Assembly (NCBI GenBank): GCA_964016885.1
Contig: OZ024757.1
Coordinates: 12,772,001-12,836,000, forward strand
Origin: Eledone cirrhosa
Lineage: Eukaryota
DNA: 64,000 bases
Direction: 5' to 3'
The notes under the pieces were generated by a model, which was not told the DNA's origin, searched no databases, and saw nothing but the letters and a program-made list of their open reading frames with translations. This document shows positions 25,179 through 39,400 of the stretch, in pieces (position 1 is the stretch's first letter; each line of letters starts with the position of its first letter). A program made the translations under genes and the position numbers.

Positions 25179-27646
25179 GAAAAATGATGGAAAGAAAGAA
25201 GGTGTGAAAAAGAGAAGAATTACTTTTACTAAAAATATTGTTTATCACCAAATTATAAATAAATAAAATATTCTATTTTGGTAGATTCAGTCGTTTGTTA
25301 AATTTATTTGATTTATTTTGTTATGTTGTATATATATAATTAAGTAGTGTATATATTATTTCTCTATACACACAAACAAATATATACATACAAATATATA
25401 TATATGTGTATATCATCATCATAATCATCATCATTTAACGTCAGTTATTTCACACTTGATATGTTAGACAAGGTGATCCCTCTTATGCCTAGTTTCTCTC
25501 TCAGTTCTCTCATGCTTTGACTATGTAGTGGCTGTGTCTTTACAGTTGTTGGATGCCCTTCCTAGTACCAACCACTTTTACAGTGTGGAACTGGGTGGCA
25601 CTGTTATGGGGAATGTCTGGCCAGCTGGCCTCGCTGTACCCTGCTCACAGGGGAACCGTAATTTGGGAGCTGAGAGGTCCCATTATGAGGGATGTCAGGC
25701 CAATTGGCCGCACCATGCCTTGTACCTCGTGAGGTTCACTCTGGTCCTTTGTTGTATGTTGTAGTGCCAGAGATCTCAGTCCTGTGTCATCTCCATTGAG
25801 AGGTTCAGCTGAGCCAGGTTGGCCTTTTGTCATTACATCCTACTTCTGCCTAGGTCTTCCGCTTTTGAGGCACCCTACAGCCTCGAGTTCCCTGTACCTT
25901 TTTATACAGATGTCATCCTTCATGTGCATCACATGTCCATACCAAAAGATTTCCCACATATTGCAACGTGATATGCATTCTCTTCAGTGTGTGTTCTCTT
26001 GTGAACAGTTAAAACCTTGTTACTGCCAAAATATTTCCCACATATTTCCCAGGGTTTCTCTCCAGTGTGACTACCGTCCAACACCTGTTAAAACAAACAT
26101 CACCCAATAAAATAATTATTACATATCAACGAAGCAGTCTCTTACCTTGTTACTCGATGTGCTAGAAATAGCAGCCAACTCACTTTTAAAAGTTTTAAAT
26201 TAACGAAAGTACACATCTGGCTGTGTGTGTGTGTGTAGGCATGAAGGGAAGTTAGTGGTTGTTATGAAAGAGATGATAAACAAGACAAATACCAATAATT
26301 CTGTTTAGATATATAAGTTACTTCACTTCAGCAAAAAGGTAAAAAAATACGATTACTTCAAATCATAAATATAAAGTTTGATTGTAGTATTTACAAATGA
26401 ATATAGTGTTGTATAATAAGGCTCCTGTGTTGTGCTGGAGAATCTTTGTTTAATATGCTATGTTTGATTAAATATTGACAAGTAGTAGTCAGACAGTATG
26501 TACCAGTAGAGGTAGTAGTAAGCAGTGACAAGGGAGCTGTGTTGTTTATATGAAGAGGCAGATGACTGAGTTAGGACCACAGGACAGCCTATTTATAATG
26601 ACAGCTAGTTATTTTTGATAAATAATAGATGGCCCCAGAATATGTTCTCCTTTATAGGAATGGTGCTGTAATATCTAGCCCCCAGAAATGTTATCTGTTG
26701 TCTTCTCTGCGAGGTCACAGGTCACTTCTTGGTGGCCATGTCCACCGTGGGAAAACATTTCTTTCACTACAAACACACATATACATATATTATCATCATC
26801 ATCATCGTTTTAATGTCTGCTTACCTTGCTAGTAAGGGATAGATGAGTATAGATAGACTAAGTCAGTACTGATGCACGGCTCCTGACCTTCCAGGATGGT
26901 TAGGAGTCTGTTATCTCTCTTATGTATGATCTCACATACTATCAAGTGCACAGGAGAGGTTGTCATGTCTTTAACACAAGTGAAGGGTCCTCCCAGCACT
27001 TTGTATGGCAAGCTTTCTATGGCTGGATACCCTTCCTAGCACCAACTTTATAGCATGTAGTGGGTGTGTTTATCTTGTAGATCACCAACACTAGGAACAT
27101 TGTCCTGTCTTTGACACCACTGAAGGGTCCTCTTCACCTATCTCCTGTCTTTTTCCATGAAGATGAGAACACCAAAGTGGTGGGGGTGGCACTCACCATT
27201 GTCAGAAACGGGGAGGTGTAGTGATGGAGAGAATAGCAGAGTGATAGAGAAGGGGGCATGGTAGCTACTAAGGTGTGATAGTGAAGGGTTCTAAGGGTTT
27301 ATAGTGGGGGAGACAGAAGCTAAGGGATAAATACTAGATGGAGGTGGCATGGATGGAGTGGGGGTATTTAGTGGAGATGAGGAGAGCTGCTAGGGAGTAA
27401 TAGTGGAGGGGGCATGGATGGAGTGGGGGTATTTAGTGGAGATGAGGAGAGCTGCTAGGGATTACTAGTGGAGGTGGGCATGGATGGAGTACATAACAGT
27501 GAGGGGAGTATCTACTAGATTGTGAACTGTGAGGGATTCTAGAGGTTTTGAAGGGGGCAGCAGATAAGGAGTGGGGGTGGTGTAGTGAGAAATACCTGTT
27601 AAGGAGTGCTAGGGAGAGGGAAGTTAAGGGGATAGGTGAGGCCACA

Positions 27647-27950
27647 CTATGCTGTTGACCAGGTCTTCACTATCATAACATAGTGCCAGCCCTTGTGGTC
27701 CTTTGTCATTTCTGTTGTGAGGTCTTTTAAGGTCTTCACACACTCATCCCATGTCTTCCTGGGTCTGCCTCTTCCAATAGTCCTAACCACATCAGTTTTT
27801 CTCCATTTCTTTATGCAGCTGTTATCTTTCATACACATCACATGTCCATACCAACGTAGTCTTCTCTCTAGCACACTACATCTACTTTCTCTTATACCAA
27901 CTTATTCCCTCAGTTTCCTAATGCTGCTCATCCATCAGAGCATACATATA
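27647..27950 (-). mobile_element. RTE LINE 3' fragment (similar pieces at ~25780-25945, 37450-37668, 39480-39935, 59461-59800 on -; 60050-60740 on +)
   Basis: RRLRWYGHV...GRGRPRKTW. Confidence 0.75.
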
Positions 27951-28424
27951 TATAACACCAACACCTCCTCTATGTTCTGAGTCTCTATATCTTCTTCTTT
28001 ACTGTGAAAAGTGTCAAACAAAATATCTCTAAATTTGTTCCTGGCTGAGGGCTCCTTTATCTTCCATATTCTTCTTCTCCAGGTTGCCCTCTGTCTCTGA
28101 GTTCCCTAGTCATAACTATAACGTCACTAACTACTAGGTTACACACTCATGTCTTAGGTATGTTTTTACCTTCCCCTATACCCACTCTACTTCTTCACAT
28201 CAATAGAGTACTCCCTTGATTTGTGGTCTCAGCACCGTAGACTTTAATCATCATCATTATCATCATCATCACTGTTTAACGTCCATTTTCCATGCTAGCA
28301 TGGGTTAGATGAGTTGTCCTATTGTGAGACAATTCAGATCAGATGACCGTGTCTTGGTTTCCATGACTGGATGCCCTTCATAACGCCAACTACTTAACAG
28401 TGTGAACTGGGTGCTTTCTGCAGT

Positions 28425-29110
28425 ATCACCAAAATGACTACTTTACAGTGTGGACTGGGTACTATCATGTCACCAAAATGACAACTTTACAGTGTGGACT
28501 GGGTACTATTTGTTGTGGCACCAACATGACTACTTTACAGTGAGGACTGGGTACTATCATGGCACCAACACGACTACTTTACAGTGTGGACTGGGTACTA
28601 TCATGGCACCAACATGACTACTTTACAGTGTGGACTGGGTACTATCATGGCACCAATTTGACTACTTTACAGTGAGGACTGGGCACTATCATGGCACCAA
28701 CATGACTACTTTACAGTGTGGACTGGGTACTATCATGGCACCAACATGACTACTTTACAGTGTGGACTGGGTACTATCATGGCACCAATTTGACTACTTT
28801 ACAGTGAGGACTGGGCACTATCATGGCACCAACATGACTACTTTACAGTGTGGACTGGGTACTATCATGGCACCAACATGACTACTTTATAGTGTGGACT
28901 GGGTACTATCATGGCACCAACATGACTACTTTACAGTGTGGACTGGGTACTATCATGGCACCAACATGACTACTTTACAGTGTAGACTGGGTACTATGAT
29001 GGCACCAACATGACTACTTTACAGTGTGGACTGGGTACTATCATGGCACCAACATGACTACTTTACAGTTTGAACTGGGTACTATTTATTGTGGCAACAA
29101 GACGACCACA
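28425..29110. repeat. 44-bp minisatellite (~15 copies) inside a retroposon fragment
   Basis: Unit ggcaccaacatgactactttacagtgtggactgggtactatcat. Confidence 0.9.
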
Positions 29111-29599
29111 TTATAGTGTAGACTATAGGCTGGGATGGGGGATGTGCATAGGATTGATCTAATGTGGGGCACTTACCTGGTGAAGGGTGGAGTGTTACGG
29201 TGTATGTGGAGTGTTAGGACATGGGTAGAGGGAGGTGTATTAGGCCGTGGGAATTGGGGGAAAGGGGGAGGGCATGGTAGGATGTGCATACTAGATGTAT
29301 ACTTTAACCATGCCTATTGGAGGGCAAGTCCTCAGTATAACTACATAACGCCAGATATCTCAATCCTGTGTCATCGCTTTTGAGATGTGTAATTGTGCAA
29401 AGTCAGCTTTTATCACCCCATCCCAAGTCTACTCCATAGCTTCCATCAACTTTGAGTAACCTGCACCTTTGTATACTTCTGTCATCCTTTATACACATCA
29501 CATGTCCATATCAATGTAATCTCCTCTCCTGCATACAGCAACATATATATCATCACCATCATTATCCTTTTTACAACAGTTTTCCAATACTTGCATGGG

Positions 29600-30700
29600 T
29601 TAGATGGGTCCATTTCAGCACATCTCTCCACTTTCCCCATCCCTATGTCATCTCCTCTGTGAATCTCAGTAATTTGAGATCAGCTTTCATCACCTCTGTC
29701 CAGGTCTTTCTTGATCTACATCTACTGTAGCTTCGTTCCTCTGGGATTCCCTGGCACTTCTTCACCCAATGATCATCATCTATGTACACCAAATGTCCGT
29801 ACCAACACAGTCTTCTGTCTTGCACACCACTTCGGATTCCTCTTAAACCCAGTTTCTCCCTCAGTTCATCCAAGCTCTGTCTTTCTTGCACATCCAATGA
29901 AGCTGGCTGCTTCATTTCTTTCAAGACAATGCATATCCTCGGCAGTCACTGCCCATGTTTCACTACCATGTTGCACCACATATCCTCTGCAGCCACTGCC
30001 CATGTTTCACTACCATGTAGCACCACATCCTCTGCAGTCACTGTCCATGTTTCACTACCATGTAGCACCACGTCCTCTGCCGTCACAGCCCATGTTTCAC
30101 TACCATGTAGCACCACATATCCTCTGCAGTCACAGCCCATGTTTCACTACCATGTTGCACCACATATTCTCTGCAGTCACTGCCCATGTTTCACTACCAT
30201 GTAGCACCACATAGCCTCTGCAGTCACTACCCATGTTTCACTACCATGTAGCACCACATGTCCTCTGCAGCCACAGCCCATGTTTCACTACCATGTAGCA
30301 CCACATATCCTCTGCAGTCACTGCCCATGTTTCACTACCATGTAGCATCACAATTCACACACAAACACCATACAGTCATCATTTTGTACATAGGGAGGAA
30401 ACTTTTATCAACAGTGGGAGTAGCTTTCTAAACTTCCCCCATCCTCTCCTTATTCTAGCTATTATGTTCTCAGGGTACCCTCCTCTGCTGCTAATTAAGT
30501 CACCTAGATAACAGAAGCTATCAACCACTTCTATGGATCCTTCCTGTCATTGGAATAGGCTTATATCATTGACACTCTTCTCCTCAATTACTCCTGTGTA
30601 TCTTTTACATACAAACTCTTCCCTTCCTGTTAGCCAACTCGATATCTCACTACATCACTTGTGTATCCAAGATTTACATGGTGTACATTGTATAGAGTTT
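29600..30700 (-). mobile_element. RTE LINE fragment containing a 45-47-bp minisatellite (29935-30350)
   Basis: Repeat unit encodes VVLHGSETWAVTAED of the RTE ORF2. Confidence 0.8.
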
Positions 30701-30754
30701 ATACCTACATTGTGTACATTGTATAGAGTTTATACCTACTTCTTTTATAAATAT

Positions 30755-32240
30755 TGAACAGGGCCACTTTTGAGATGTTGAAAGTATCTGGAATGGACAC
30801 CCAGATAGTAAACCAAGTAATACAGAATGGTGTCATACCAAAGGACTGGCGTAGCAGCAGCATCATTAACTGCTACAAGGGCAAAGGAGATGCTCTAAAT
30901 AGAGGAAACTATAGAGGCATTAAGGTAGTTGACAAGGTCATGAAGGTTGCAGAAAGAGTTATTGCACAACTAATCAGAGACAGAATTGATCTAGATGAAA
31001 TGCAGTTTGGGTTCATGCCAGCAACTACAGGAGAAGTACCCAGTTAAAAGTAAACCCCTCTACTTAGCTTTTTTTGACTTGGAGAAAGCCTTTGACAGAG
31101 TCCCCCACTCCATTATCTGGTGGGCCTTTAGAAATGTAGGAGGAGATGAATGGTTTGTGAGAGCTATACAAGCCATGTATAGAGGAACAGTCAGCAAGGT
31201 TAGAATTAACAATGAATATAGTGAAGAATTTAGTGTAAAAGTAAGGGTTCACCAAGGCCCCATCCTTAGCTTCCTCCTGTTTATTATTGCCCTTTAGGCT
31301 ATAACAGAGGGGTTTAAGACCAGCTGCCCATGGGAACTCCTATACGCAGATGATCTAACTCTCATAGCTGAATCTATGGCTGAACTTGAGAAGAAATTCC
31401 AAAAATGAAAGCATGGCCTAGAATCAAAAGGCCTTAAAGTTAACTTGTCTAAGACTAAAGGTCTAGTATGTAGAAAATAAAATAGGGCACTGGTGCCATG
31501 CTCAGTGTGTAGGAAAGGAGTAGGTAGAAATTCCATTCTATGTCCCAAATACAGACTATGGGTACATAAAAGATCTAGTGAGATCACAGGTAAGCTATCT
31601 AAGAATCTAGATTTTATATGTGGCTGATGCTCAGGTGAAATAAGCAGCAAGTACCCACAGGATACTAGCACCTACTGCCCAGATGGTTCTATAGAAATAG
31701 TGGACACTTTCCATTGCCTGGATGACAAAATCAGCAGTGGGGAGGGTGCTCTGAAAGTGTAGTAGCTAGAGTCGGAACGGGATGGAAAAATTTCAGAGAG
31801 TTTATACCACTATTGGCCACTAAAGGTTTCTCTCTAAAAATGAAAGGCAGATTGTAAGATGCCTGTATACGAACAGCAATGTTTCATGGCAGTGAGACAT
31901 GGGCATTGTGTGCAGAGGACCTGCGCAGATTGGAAAGGAACAAAGCATGCATGCTCTGTTGGACGTGTAATTGTAATATACATGAACAGCAAAACATAAA
32001 GGAACTAAGTCAGAATTAGGAATAAAAGGGATCAGATGCTGTTTACTTGAGAGAAGATTACGTTGGTACGGTCATGTGATGCGCATGAAAGATGACAGCT
32101 TTATAAAAATGTGCAGGGTGATCAAAATTGATGGAAGTTATGGAGTAGGTAGACCCAGAAAAACCTGGGATGACATAAAATCCAACCTTGCACACTTACA
32201 CCTCTCTTAGACAATGTCACTGGGTCGAGATCTATGGCAC
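30755..32240 (+). mobile_element. Degenerate RTE-clade LINE RT region
   Basis: IPKDWRSS..YKGKGDAL..NYRGI, QFGF, DLEKAFDRVP, YADDL. Confidence 0.85.
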
Positions 32241-33337
32241 CACACAGTAACAGAGAAGAACTGCCTTCCCTACGTGCAAAGTTAACCTACAGTCAGTAGG
32301 TCCCTCCTAACAAAATATACTCCCAACCCACACACCCCTACTCCATCCTCCCACCAACACCACCCTGTCTCTGTAAAGTCATGTTGGTACTACAACATCC
32401 AGTCCAAACTAAAGAGGTAGTGTAGGTGTCATGACGAAAAGACTGTGGTTGGTGTTAGGAAGGGCATCCAGCCGTAGAAAACCTGCCAGATACAGTCCTA
32501 TACGAGCAAGACACTGTCACCCAATCAATCTTGCCTCAAGTGGGACAATTCCTGTCTAACCCATGCTAGTGTGGAAGATAGATGTTAAATGATAATGATG
32601 ATGATGATATATAGTGTATATAATAGTTGTAATGTCACTGGTGCTGATCTATATCACCCTTTCCTTTGGACAACATGACATATAGTCTATATATATTGGA
32701 CAATATTATATATAGTGTATATGTGGTGTATATAGTAGTTGTGACAATATTCTATATACACATGTACACACACACTGACAAACATGTATATACATATAGA
32801 AGGGTCAGATGAGGAGTTCATAGACTGACCAAGTTACTCTCATGGAATGAGACAATGTATACACACAAATATATACTATATATATGTATACAAACATATA
32901 TATTTTATAGTGAAGTCATACATCATATGGTAATATCATGTTTTCAATTCTCAGTTAAGGAGGTACATTGTGTCCTTAAGCAAGACACATCATTCCACAT
33001 GTCTCTAACCTCCACAGCTGAAAAAGACAAGTATCAGCTTTAGTTGGAGGTTTAGCATGGGTTGGATCATTCTCTGCCTCTAACATTTTCCCTGCAGCCA
33101 CAAACCCAGGCTTTACTACCTGCAATAGAGAGAAGAGGGAGATAGTTAAATACAAGGGCCTGACAAACACCTTCCTCTTTGTCAACACACTGCTGATTTC
33201 CTTCTCAAAATTAGAAAGACAACAGCCCACTTGAGGAAGGATGTTGCAGTTGGGGTCGCTGCCTATTCTCTCAGGAAACACCTTTGTGATTTTGACTGTA
33301 GGGTGGGGCTGAATCACAGCTCAGACTGAAATATAAT

Positions 33338-33521
33338 TGTTTCTACTTTAGGCACAAGGCCAGCAATTACCCAGTGCATTACTGGTACTTTATTTTATCG
33401 ACCCGGTAAGGATGAAAGGCAAAGTCAACCTCGGCTGGATTTGAACTCAGATCGTAAAGGGACGTAACTATGCTGGAAAGCATGACGTCCGGCCCTCCAC
33501 CGATACTGCCAATCCACCGCC
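33338..33521 (-). mobile_element. tRNA-headed SINE (Meta-domain-like core) with 18-bp TSD; further copies at ~33565-33750 (+), 34000-34184 (-), 34573-34758 (-), 38080-38400 (+), 50108-50260 (-), 62428-62550 (-)
   Basis: Core GACTTTGCCTTTCATCCTT..GGGTCGATAAAATAAAGTACCAG; TSD ctcagactgaaatataat. Confidence 0.85.
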
Positions 33522-34997
33522 CTCAGACTGAAATATAATGTCTGTCAGTCTCTGTTATTTTCGTTGGATTGGCAGTATCTTTAGAGCGTTGGACGCCATG
33601 CTTTGTAGCATAGAGTTACCTCCCTTCATGATCTGAGTTCAAATCCCATCAGGGTTAACTTTGCCTTTCATCCTTACGAGGTCGATAAAATAAAGTACCA
33701 GTAATACACTAGGATAATTACTGGCCTTGTGCCAAAAGTAGAAACAATTATTTTCGTTGTGTGATTCGTTTTTTTTTTTTCCATTACTTAAATATTTTAT
33801 TATCTTTAATAATGTGTTTTGGTTTAATATGAACAGTTATATAAAATTAATAACGTTATTTATTCAAATCTGAATAAAGTACTAGCATATCTATTGAACG
33901 TATGAATCTAAACTATAATAAAAGGAGGAACGCGGGACTGCGTAGGGTTTATAATTTGTTATCATCTTAGTAACATAAGTTGGATTACTTTGAATAAATA
34001 ATTGTTTCTACTTCTGGCACAAGGCCAGCATTTACCCAGTACATTACTGGTACTTTATTTTATCGACCCCGTAAGGATGAAAGGCAAAGTCAACCTCGGC
34101 GGGGTTTGAACTCAGACCGTAAAGGGATGTAACTATGGTGGAAAGCATGGCGTCCGTCTCTCTACCGATACTGCCAATCCACCAATGAATAAATATTAGA
34201 TAATTTATCTACTAAATTTCGTGGCTGTTGAATAAATATATTTTGTTAATTTAAAGATTCACTTCTTTAAAATTTCTGAAATGTCAACACTTCCGGTTGG
34301 CCATCACTTCAATAAACATACTAATTTTCTGTCACTAATTTCCTCCTAATGCAGTTTATATATAATATCGTCTTTTTTTAATGTATCATGGATTACGTTA
34401 CTGATTACATAAGACAGTGTAACATAGTCTTCGTTCAATTTCTGTGTATTATATATTGTCAATTACGATTTTATTTGATGTATCATATCTACATGTATAT
34501 ATACTTGTGTATAATATCAATATACACATGCTAGCAGAAAACCACCCGAAGGTAGTTTTCTGCTAGTTCATATAACTGTTTCTACTTTTGGCACAAGGCC
34601 ATCAATTATCCCAGTGCATTACTGGTACTTTATGTTATCGACCTCGTAAGGATGAAAGGCAAAGTCAACCTCGGCGGGATTTGAACTCAGATCGTAAAGG
34701 GACGTAACTATGCTGGAAAGCATGGTGTCTGACCCTCTACCGATACTGCCAATCCACCGGGACTTTTAAGTTATGACACCGGTGTCAACTAGACAATGGA
34801 AAGTTATCTACAATGGCTCCATCGTTACAACTTATATCCACATTTATGTTTACTTTACATTTCCATTTCTTAAATATTTTATTACCTTTAATATTGTGTT
34901 TTGTTTTAATATGAACAGTTATGTAAAATTAATAATGTTATTTATACAAATCTGAATAAAGAACTAACATATAGATTGAAGGTGTGAATTAATATAA

Positions 34998-35066
34998 CGG
35001 AAGTTGTTGCTGAATGTATTAAATTATGTAGGGGACTTTTAAGTCATGACACCGGTGTCAACTAGA
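34998..35066 (+). promoter_or_regulatory. Candidate zinc-finger-gene promoter module with palindrome TGACACCGGTGTCA
   Basis: Related copies at 34759-34794, 51386-51443, 63504-63561 (+) and ~40299-40336 (-); lies upstream of ZNF ORFs. Confidence 0.45.
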
Positions 35067-35683
35067 CGGTGAAATATTACCATTTATATCAGCTCCATTG
35101 TTAGAACTTAAACCACATCTAATTTTATCTTTTATGGTGATTATTTCATATTAAGGTGGACGTTAATGTTTGTAAATAACATAAGGTGACTTATTTACCT
35201 TATAGTTGTTGTTTTATCACCTGTATTATTAAATATTGAAGTGGTTGTTCAACATTTACAGGTCAGGAAAATATTATTTTAATCAGAAATCAGTGAATAT
35301 TTAGTTTTTACTAACTTTTCTTGACTTTATATTTGGTCTTGAGAACTAAAGTACGTATTATTTCGTTTTCCACCACAACACAAACATTGTGAACTTTTCT
35401 ACCTGAAGTGAAATATCTTGATTTATTACAACACCTACACACACATTTCTACACACACACACGTCTATTTCTCCCTCTCATACCTACACACTGTATGTCT
35501 GTATATATATGTATTATATATTAACCTTCATCTTTTGTAATTCTGGATATTAATTCTCTTGTCACCTGAACTGTCCTCAATAACAAGAACCTTAACTATA
35601 GAAGTTTTATGAGCTGAGGATTTTAGTGTGAACAGAGCTTCTCTCACTTTAACAAAAATAATAGTGGAATACTCCACAATAAT

Positions 35684-35715
<32 letters not shown>

Positions 35716-35929
35716 AGCACTTGCCTTTTCTTCATCCAAGAGCAATCTTACGCTGATATATGTCTTATTACTTGTACCAACTAAATGCTACATTACAACT
35801 TTGTAGAAGAAGAAAGCCGAGTTCTGCAGTTTTTTATGGACCCTTTGTATATTAGACTACATAGCATACCTACATTTCTTAATGTAAAAGTGGTGAGACT
35901 CCTTTATGTAAAGATCACTAGCTAAAAAT

Positions 35930-37111
35930 ATGTCTGAATATAACTGTGAGATTTGTAGGAAAACTTTCTCTTCAAAACTGAAACTAACCTCACATGGGAA
36001 AATACACACAGGAGAAAAACCCTTCCACTGTGAAATATGTGGGAAATATTTTGTCTTGAACAGTGATTTAAAAAGGCATATAAGAACACACACTGGAGAA
36101 AAACCTTTTGCATGTGAAATATGTGGGAAATCTTTTTCTCAAGGTTCTCATCTTGTAGATCACAAAAGAATACACACAGGAGAAAAACCTTATTCATGTG
36201 AAATATGTGGGAACTCTTTTCCTCGTGTTGCTAATCTTGTAAAACACAAAAGAATACACACAGGAGAAAAACCTTATTCATGTGAAATATGTGGGAAATC
36301 TTTTTCTCAAGGTTCTAGTCTTGTACGTCACAAAAGAATACACACAGGAGAAAAACCCTTCCATTGTGAAATATGTGAGAAATCTTTTTCTAGTAATTCT
36401 ACACTTGAAGATCACAAAAGAATACACACTGGAGAAAAACCCTTCCATTGTGAAATATGTGGGAAATCTTTTTCTCAGAGTTCTCATCTTGTAGATCACA
36501 AAAGAATACACACAGGAGAGAAACCCTTCCATTGTGAAATATGTGGGAAATCTTTTTCTCGTGGTTCTCATCTTGTATATCACAAAAGAATGCACACAGG
36601 AGAAAAACCTTATTCATGTGAAATATGTGGGAAATATTTCACTCAGATGGTGCAACTTGAATATCACAAAAGAACACACACTGGAGAAAAGCCCTTCCAT
36701 TGTGAAATATGTGGGAAATCTTTTTCACATGATGGTAACTTAGTAAAACACAAAAGAATACACACAGGAGAAAAACCTTATTCATGTGAAATATGTGGGA
36801 AATCTTTTTCTCAAGGTTCTAGTGTTGTACGTCACAAAAGAATACACACTGGAGAAAAACCCTTCCATTGTGAAATATGTGGGAAATCTTTTTCTCGTAG
36901 TTCTCATCTTGAACTTCACAAAAGGATACATACTGGGGAAAAACCCTTTCATTGTGAAATATGTGGGAAATCTTTTTCTAATAGTTCTCATCTTGTAAAT
37001 CACAAAAGAATACATACTGGTGAAAAACCTTATTCATGTGAAATATGTCGGAAATCTTTCTCTCAGAATTCGTCACTGGTTGTTCACCTACGTAGTCAAC
37101 ACTTGCAATAA
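35930..37111 (+). CDS. C2H2 zinc-finger protein, 14 tandem fingers, single coding exon
   Basis: CxxC-x12-HxxxH repeats with TGEKP linkers; intact 393-aa ORF; no KRAB/ZAD/BTB evident. Confidence 0.95.
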   Translation: MSEYNCEICRKTFSSKLKLTSHGKIHTGEKPFHCEICGKYFVLNSDLKRHIRTHTGEKPFACEICGKSFSQGSHLVDHKRIHTGEKPYSCEICGNSFPRVANLVKHKRIHTGEKPYSCEICGKSFSQGSSLVRHKRIHTGEKPFHCEICEKSFSSNSTLEDHKRIHTGEKPFHCEICGKSFSQSSHLVDHKRIHTGEKPFHCEICGKSFSRGSHLVYHKRMHTGEKPYSCEICGKYFTQMVQLEYHKRTHTGEKPFHCEICGKSFSHDGNLVKHKRIHTGEKPYSCEICGKSFSQGSSVVRHKRIHTGEKPFHCEICGKSFSRSSHLELHKRIHTGEKPFHCEICGKSFSNSSHLVNHKRIHTGEKPYSCEICRKSFSQNSSLVVHLRSQHLQ

Positions 37112-39029
37112 ACCCCATCACTGTGAAATATGAAACACACAACTATACAGACACACTCTGGAAGGAAGAATATACAATGTGAAGCTTGAAAAATCCTTAT
37201 CTTATACTTATCATCATCATCACCGTTTTACGTCCATTCTTCCATGCTAGCATTGTCTTGCTCATATGGGAACTGATTTTGGCTTGATTTCTATAGCTTG
37301 ATGTCCTTCCTAACACAAAACCTCATTTACTGTGAGTGCTAGGTGCTTTTTTTACCATGGTGCCTACACGGCCACCTTACAGTGTGGGCTGGGTGATATT
37401 TTGTCAACCACTTTGCAGTGGGTGGGGATGGGGACATATTTGTCTATATGCTTCAGCTTCGGCTTGTAGCTGTGTGAAGTCGGGTCTTCTGTATTACTGC
37501 ATGATGCCAGAGGGCACAGTCCTGCGTCATCACCTTTGAGAGGTGCAATTGAGCAAGGTCAGCTTTTATCACCTCATCCCACGTCTTCCTGGATCTCCCC
37601 ACTCCGTGGCTTCCAGCGACTTTTAGAGCTCTGCACCTTTTAATGCAGTTGTCATCCTTCATACGCATCTATATATATATACTCTATCAAATGGGAGAAA
37701 TATACTGCCATATATTGAAGATTACTACAATATCTAGGGAGCGGAGGACAAGACATACCAGACATTCCTACCGAACAGTGGATGACCTGATAAGCTGGCT
37801 CCTGTGGTGGATATCTAAATATAGTAAGACCCTAGTGGGATGACTGAAAATGACCTACATAGATCAGATGTCTAGGGATGTTCAGCTGGGGACTAATGAT
37901 TTCAAGAAAGCCATGAAATAACAATATATATTAATGAACATTTATTATGGTGAAATATGTTGGAAATTATTCTCAGGTTTTGTATTGTAATCCACAAATA
38001 CACCCAGTAGAAAGTTCTACTTCATATTATTTGTCATTAAGGTTTTTTATAGAGACACAATCTTATTTTATGGTGAGGGTGGTGGATTGGCAGAATCTGT
38101 AGAGCGTCAGACAACATACTTTGTATCATATAGTTACAGCCCTTTATGTTCTGGGTTTAAAAAAGTACCAGTAATCCACTGAATTTGATTTAATTGGCAT
38201 TACCCTTTCTCTTCCAATTGCTGGGGTTGATTTAAAAGTAGAAACATTTATTTAAAGTCTATAAAACAATGGATGGAATGCTTTCTGCCATATTTGTTCT
38301 GGTTCTCTGCTCTCTGAGTGTAAATCCTGCTGAGGTCAACTTTGCCTTTCATCCATTCAAGGTTGATAACAAAAAAGTACCAGTCTACCACAGGGGTCTG
38401 TTCTTCCTCTCTATATTTTTTTTCTCACTTCCTCTCTCTCATTCTCTCTCCTTCTCTGGAAGAAATCATCTGTTACAACCTGGTGAGTGAAGGGCTCCAC
38501 CAAGCTTCAAATGTCCACAGTGACACCCTTATGACTCCATCAGTGCAAGAAAAACAAAACAAGATTGATGTGTTTATGTGTTATTTTACAAACACTAAAT
38601 GGTTTATGTTTATATTTGTGACAAAATATCCACATTTATGTGTAAATAAAAACAATTTTATAACTTTAATATTTGTTGATGGCACTTTCATGACAGTTGA
38701 AATTATGACTTTTTTTTTAGAAATAATTCACATTTGAAAATACTTTACAACTTTCTTCTCTTGCCAAACAAGGGTTTGGTAGGACCCTTCAGTTGTGTCA
38801 AAGACATGACAACCTCTTTAGTACTGGTGCCACAATAAAATACACTCAGTAGAATGTGGGACCATATGTAAGAGAGATGTGGTCTGTAAAGACCTGTCCC
38901 ACCCTTGCTAGTAGGGAAAGTAGACATTAAATGATGATCTATGATGACATTGGTGCCAAGCTGTTTCAGCTTGGAAATCATCATCATCATCATCATCGTT
39001 TAACGTCCATTTTCCATGCTAGCATGGAA

Positions 39030-39400
39030 ATATATAATGTGTATGTATATAGTTTATATATTGTCTATATGTAGCATATACTCTATATATGCAGTATTTA
39101 TATATAGTGAATATATTGTGTATATGTAGCACGTACACTATATACATAGTATTTAAATGTATGTATATATTGTGTATATGTAGCACATACACTATATACA
39201 TAGTATTTATATGTATATATATAGTGTATATGTAGCACGTACACTATATACATATTTATATGTGTATATATAGTGTATATTTTTGTGTATATGTAGCACA
39301 TACACTATATACATATTTATATATATAGTGTATATATTGTGTATATGTAGCACATACACTATATACATATGTATATATATAGTGTATATTTTGTGTATCA
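39030..39400. repeat. AT-rich ~55-65-bp minisatellite
   Basis: Repeated gtgtatatgtagcacatacactatatacat. Confidence 0.75.

Noticed and set aside
28425-29110. CRISPR-like look of the 44-bp and 60-bp arrays
   Set aside because: No unique spacers, no cas genes, eukaryotic context.
34530-34566. Hairpin ctagcagaaaac...gttttctgctag as terminator or ncRNA
   Set aside because: Single short palindrome with no support; probably a MITE remnant.
35857-37015. Antisense and alternate-frame ORFs over the ZNF gene, PLEs and pol
   Set aside because: Shadows of the real coding frames.
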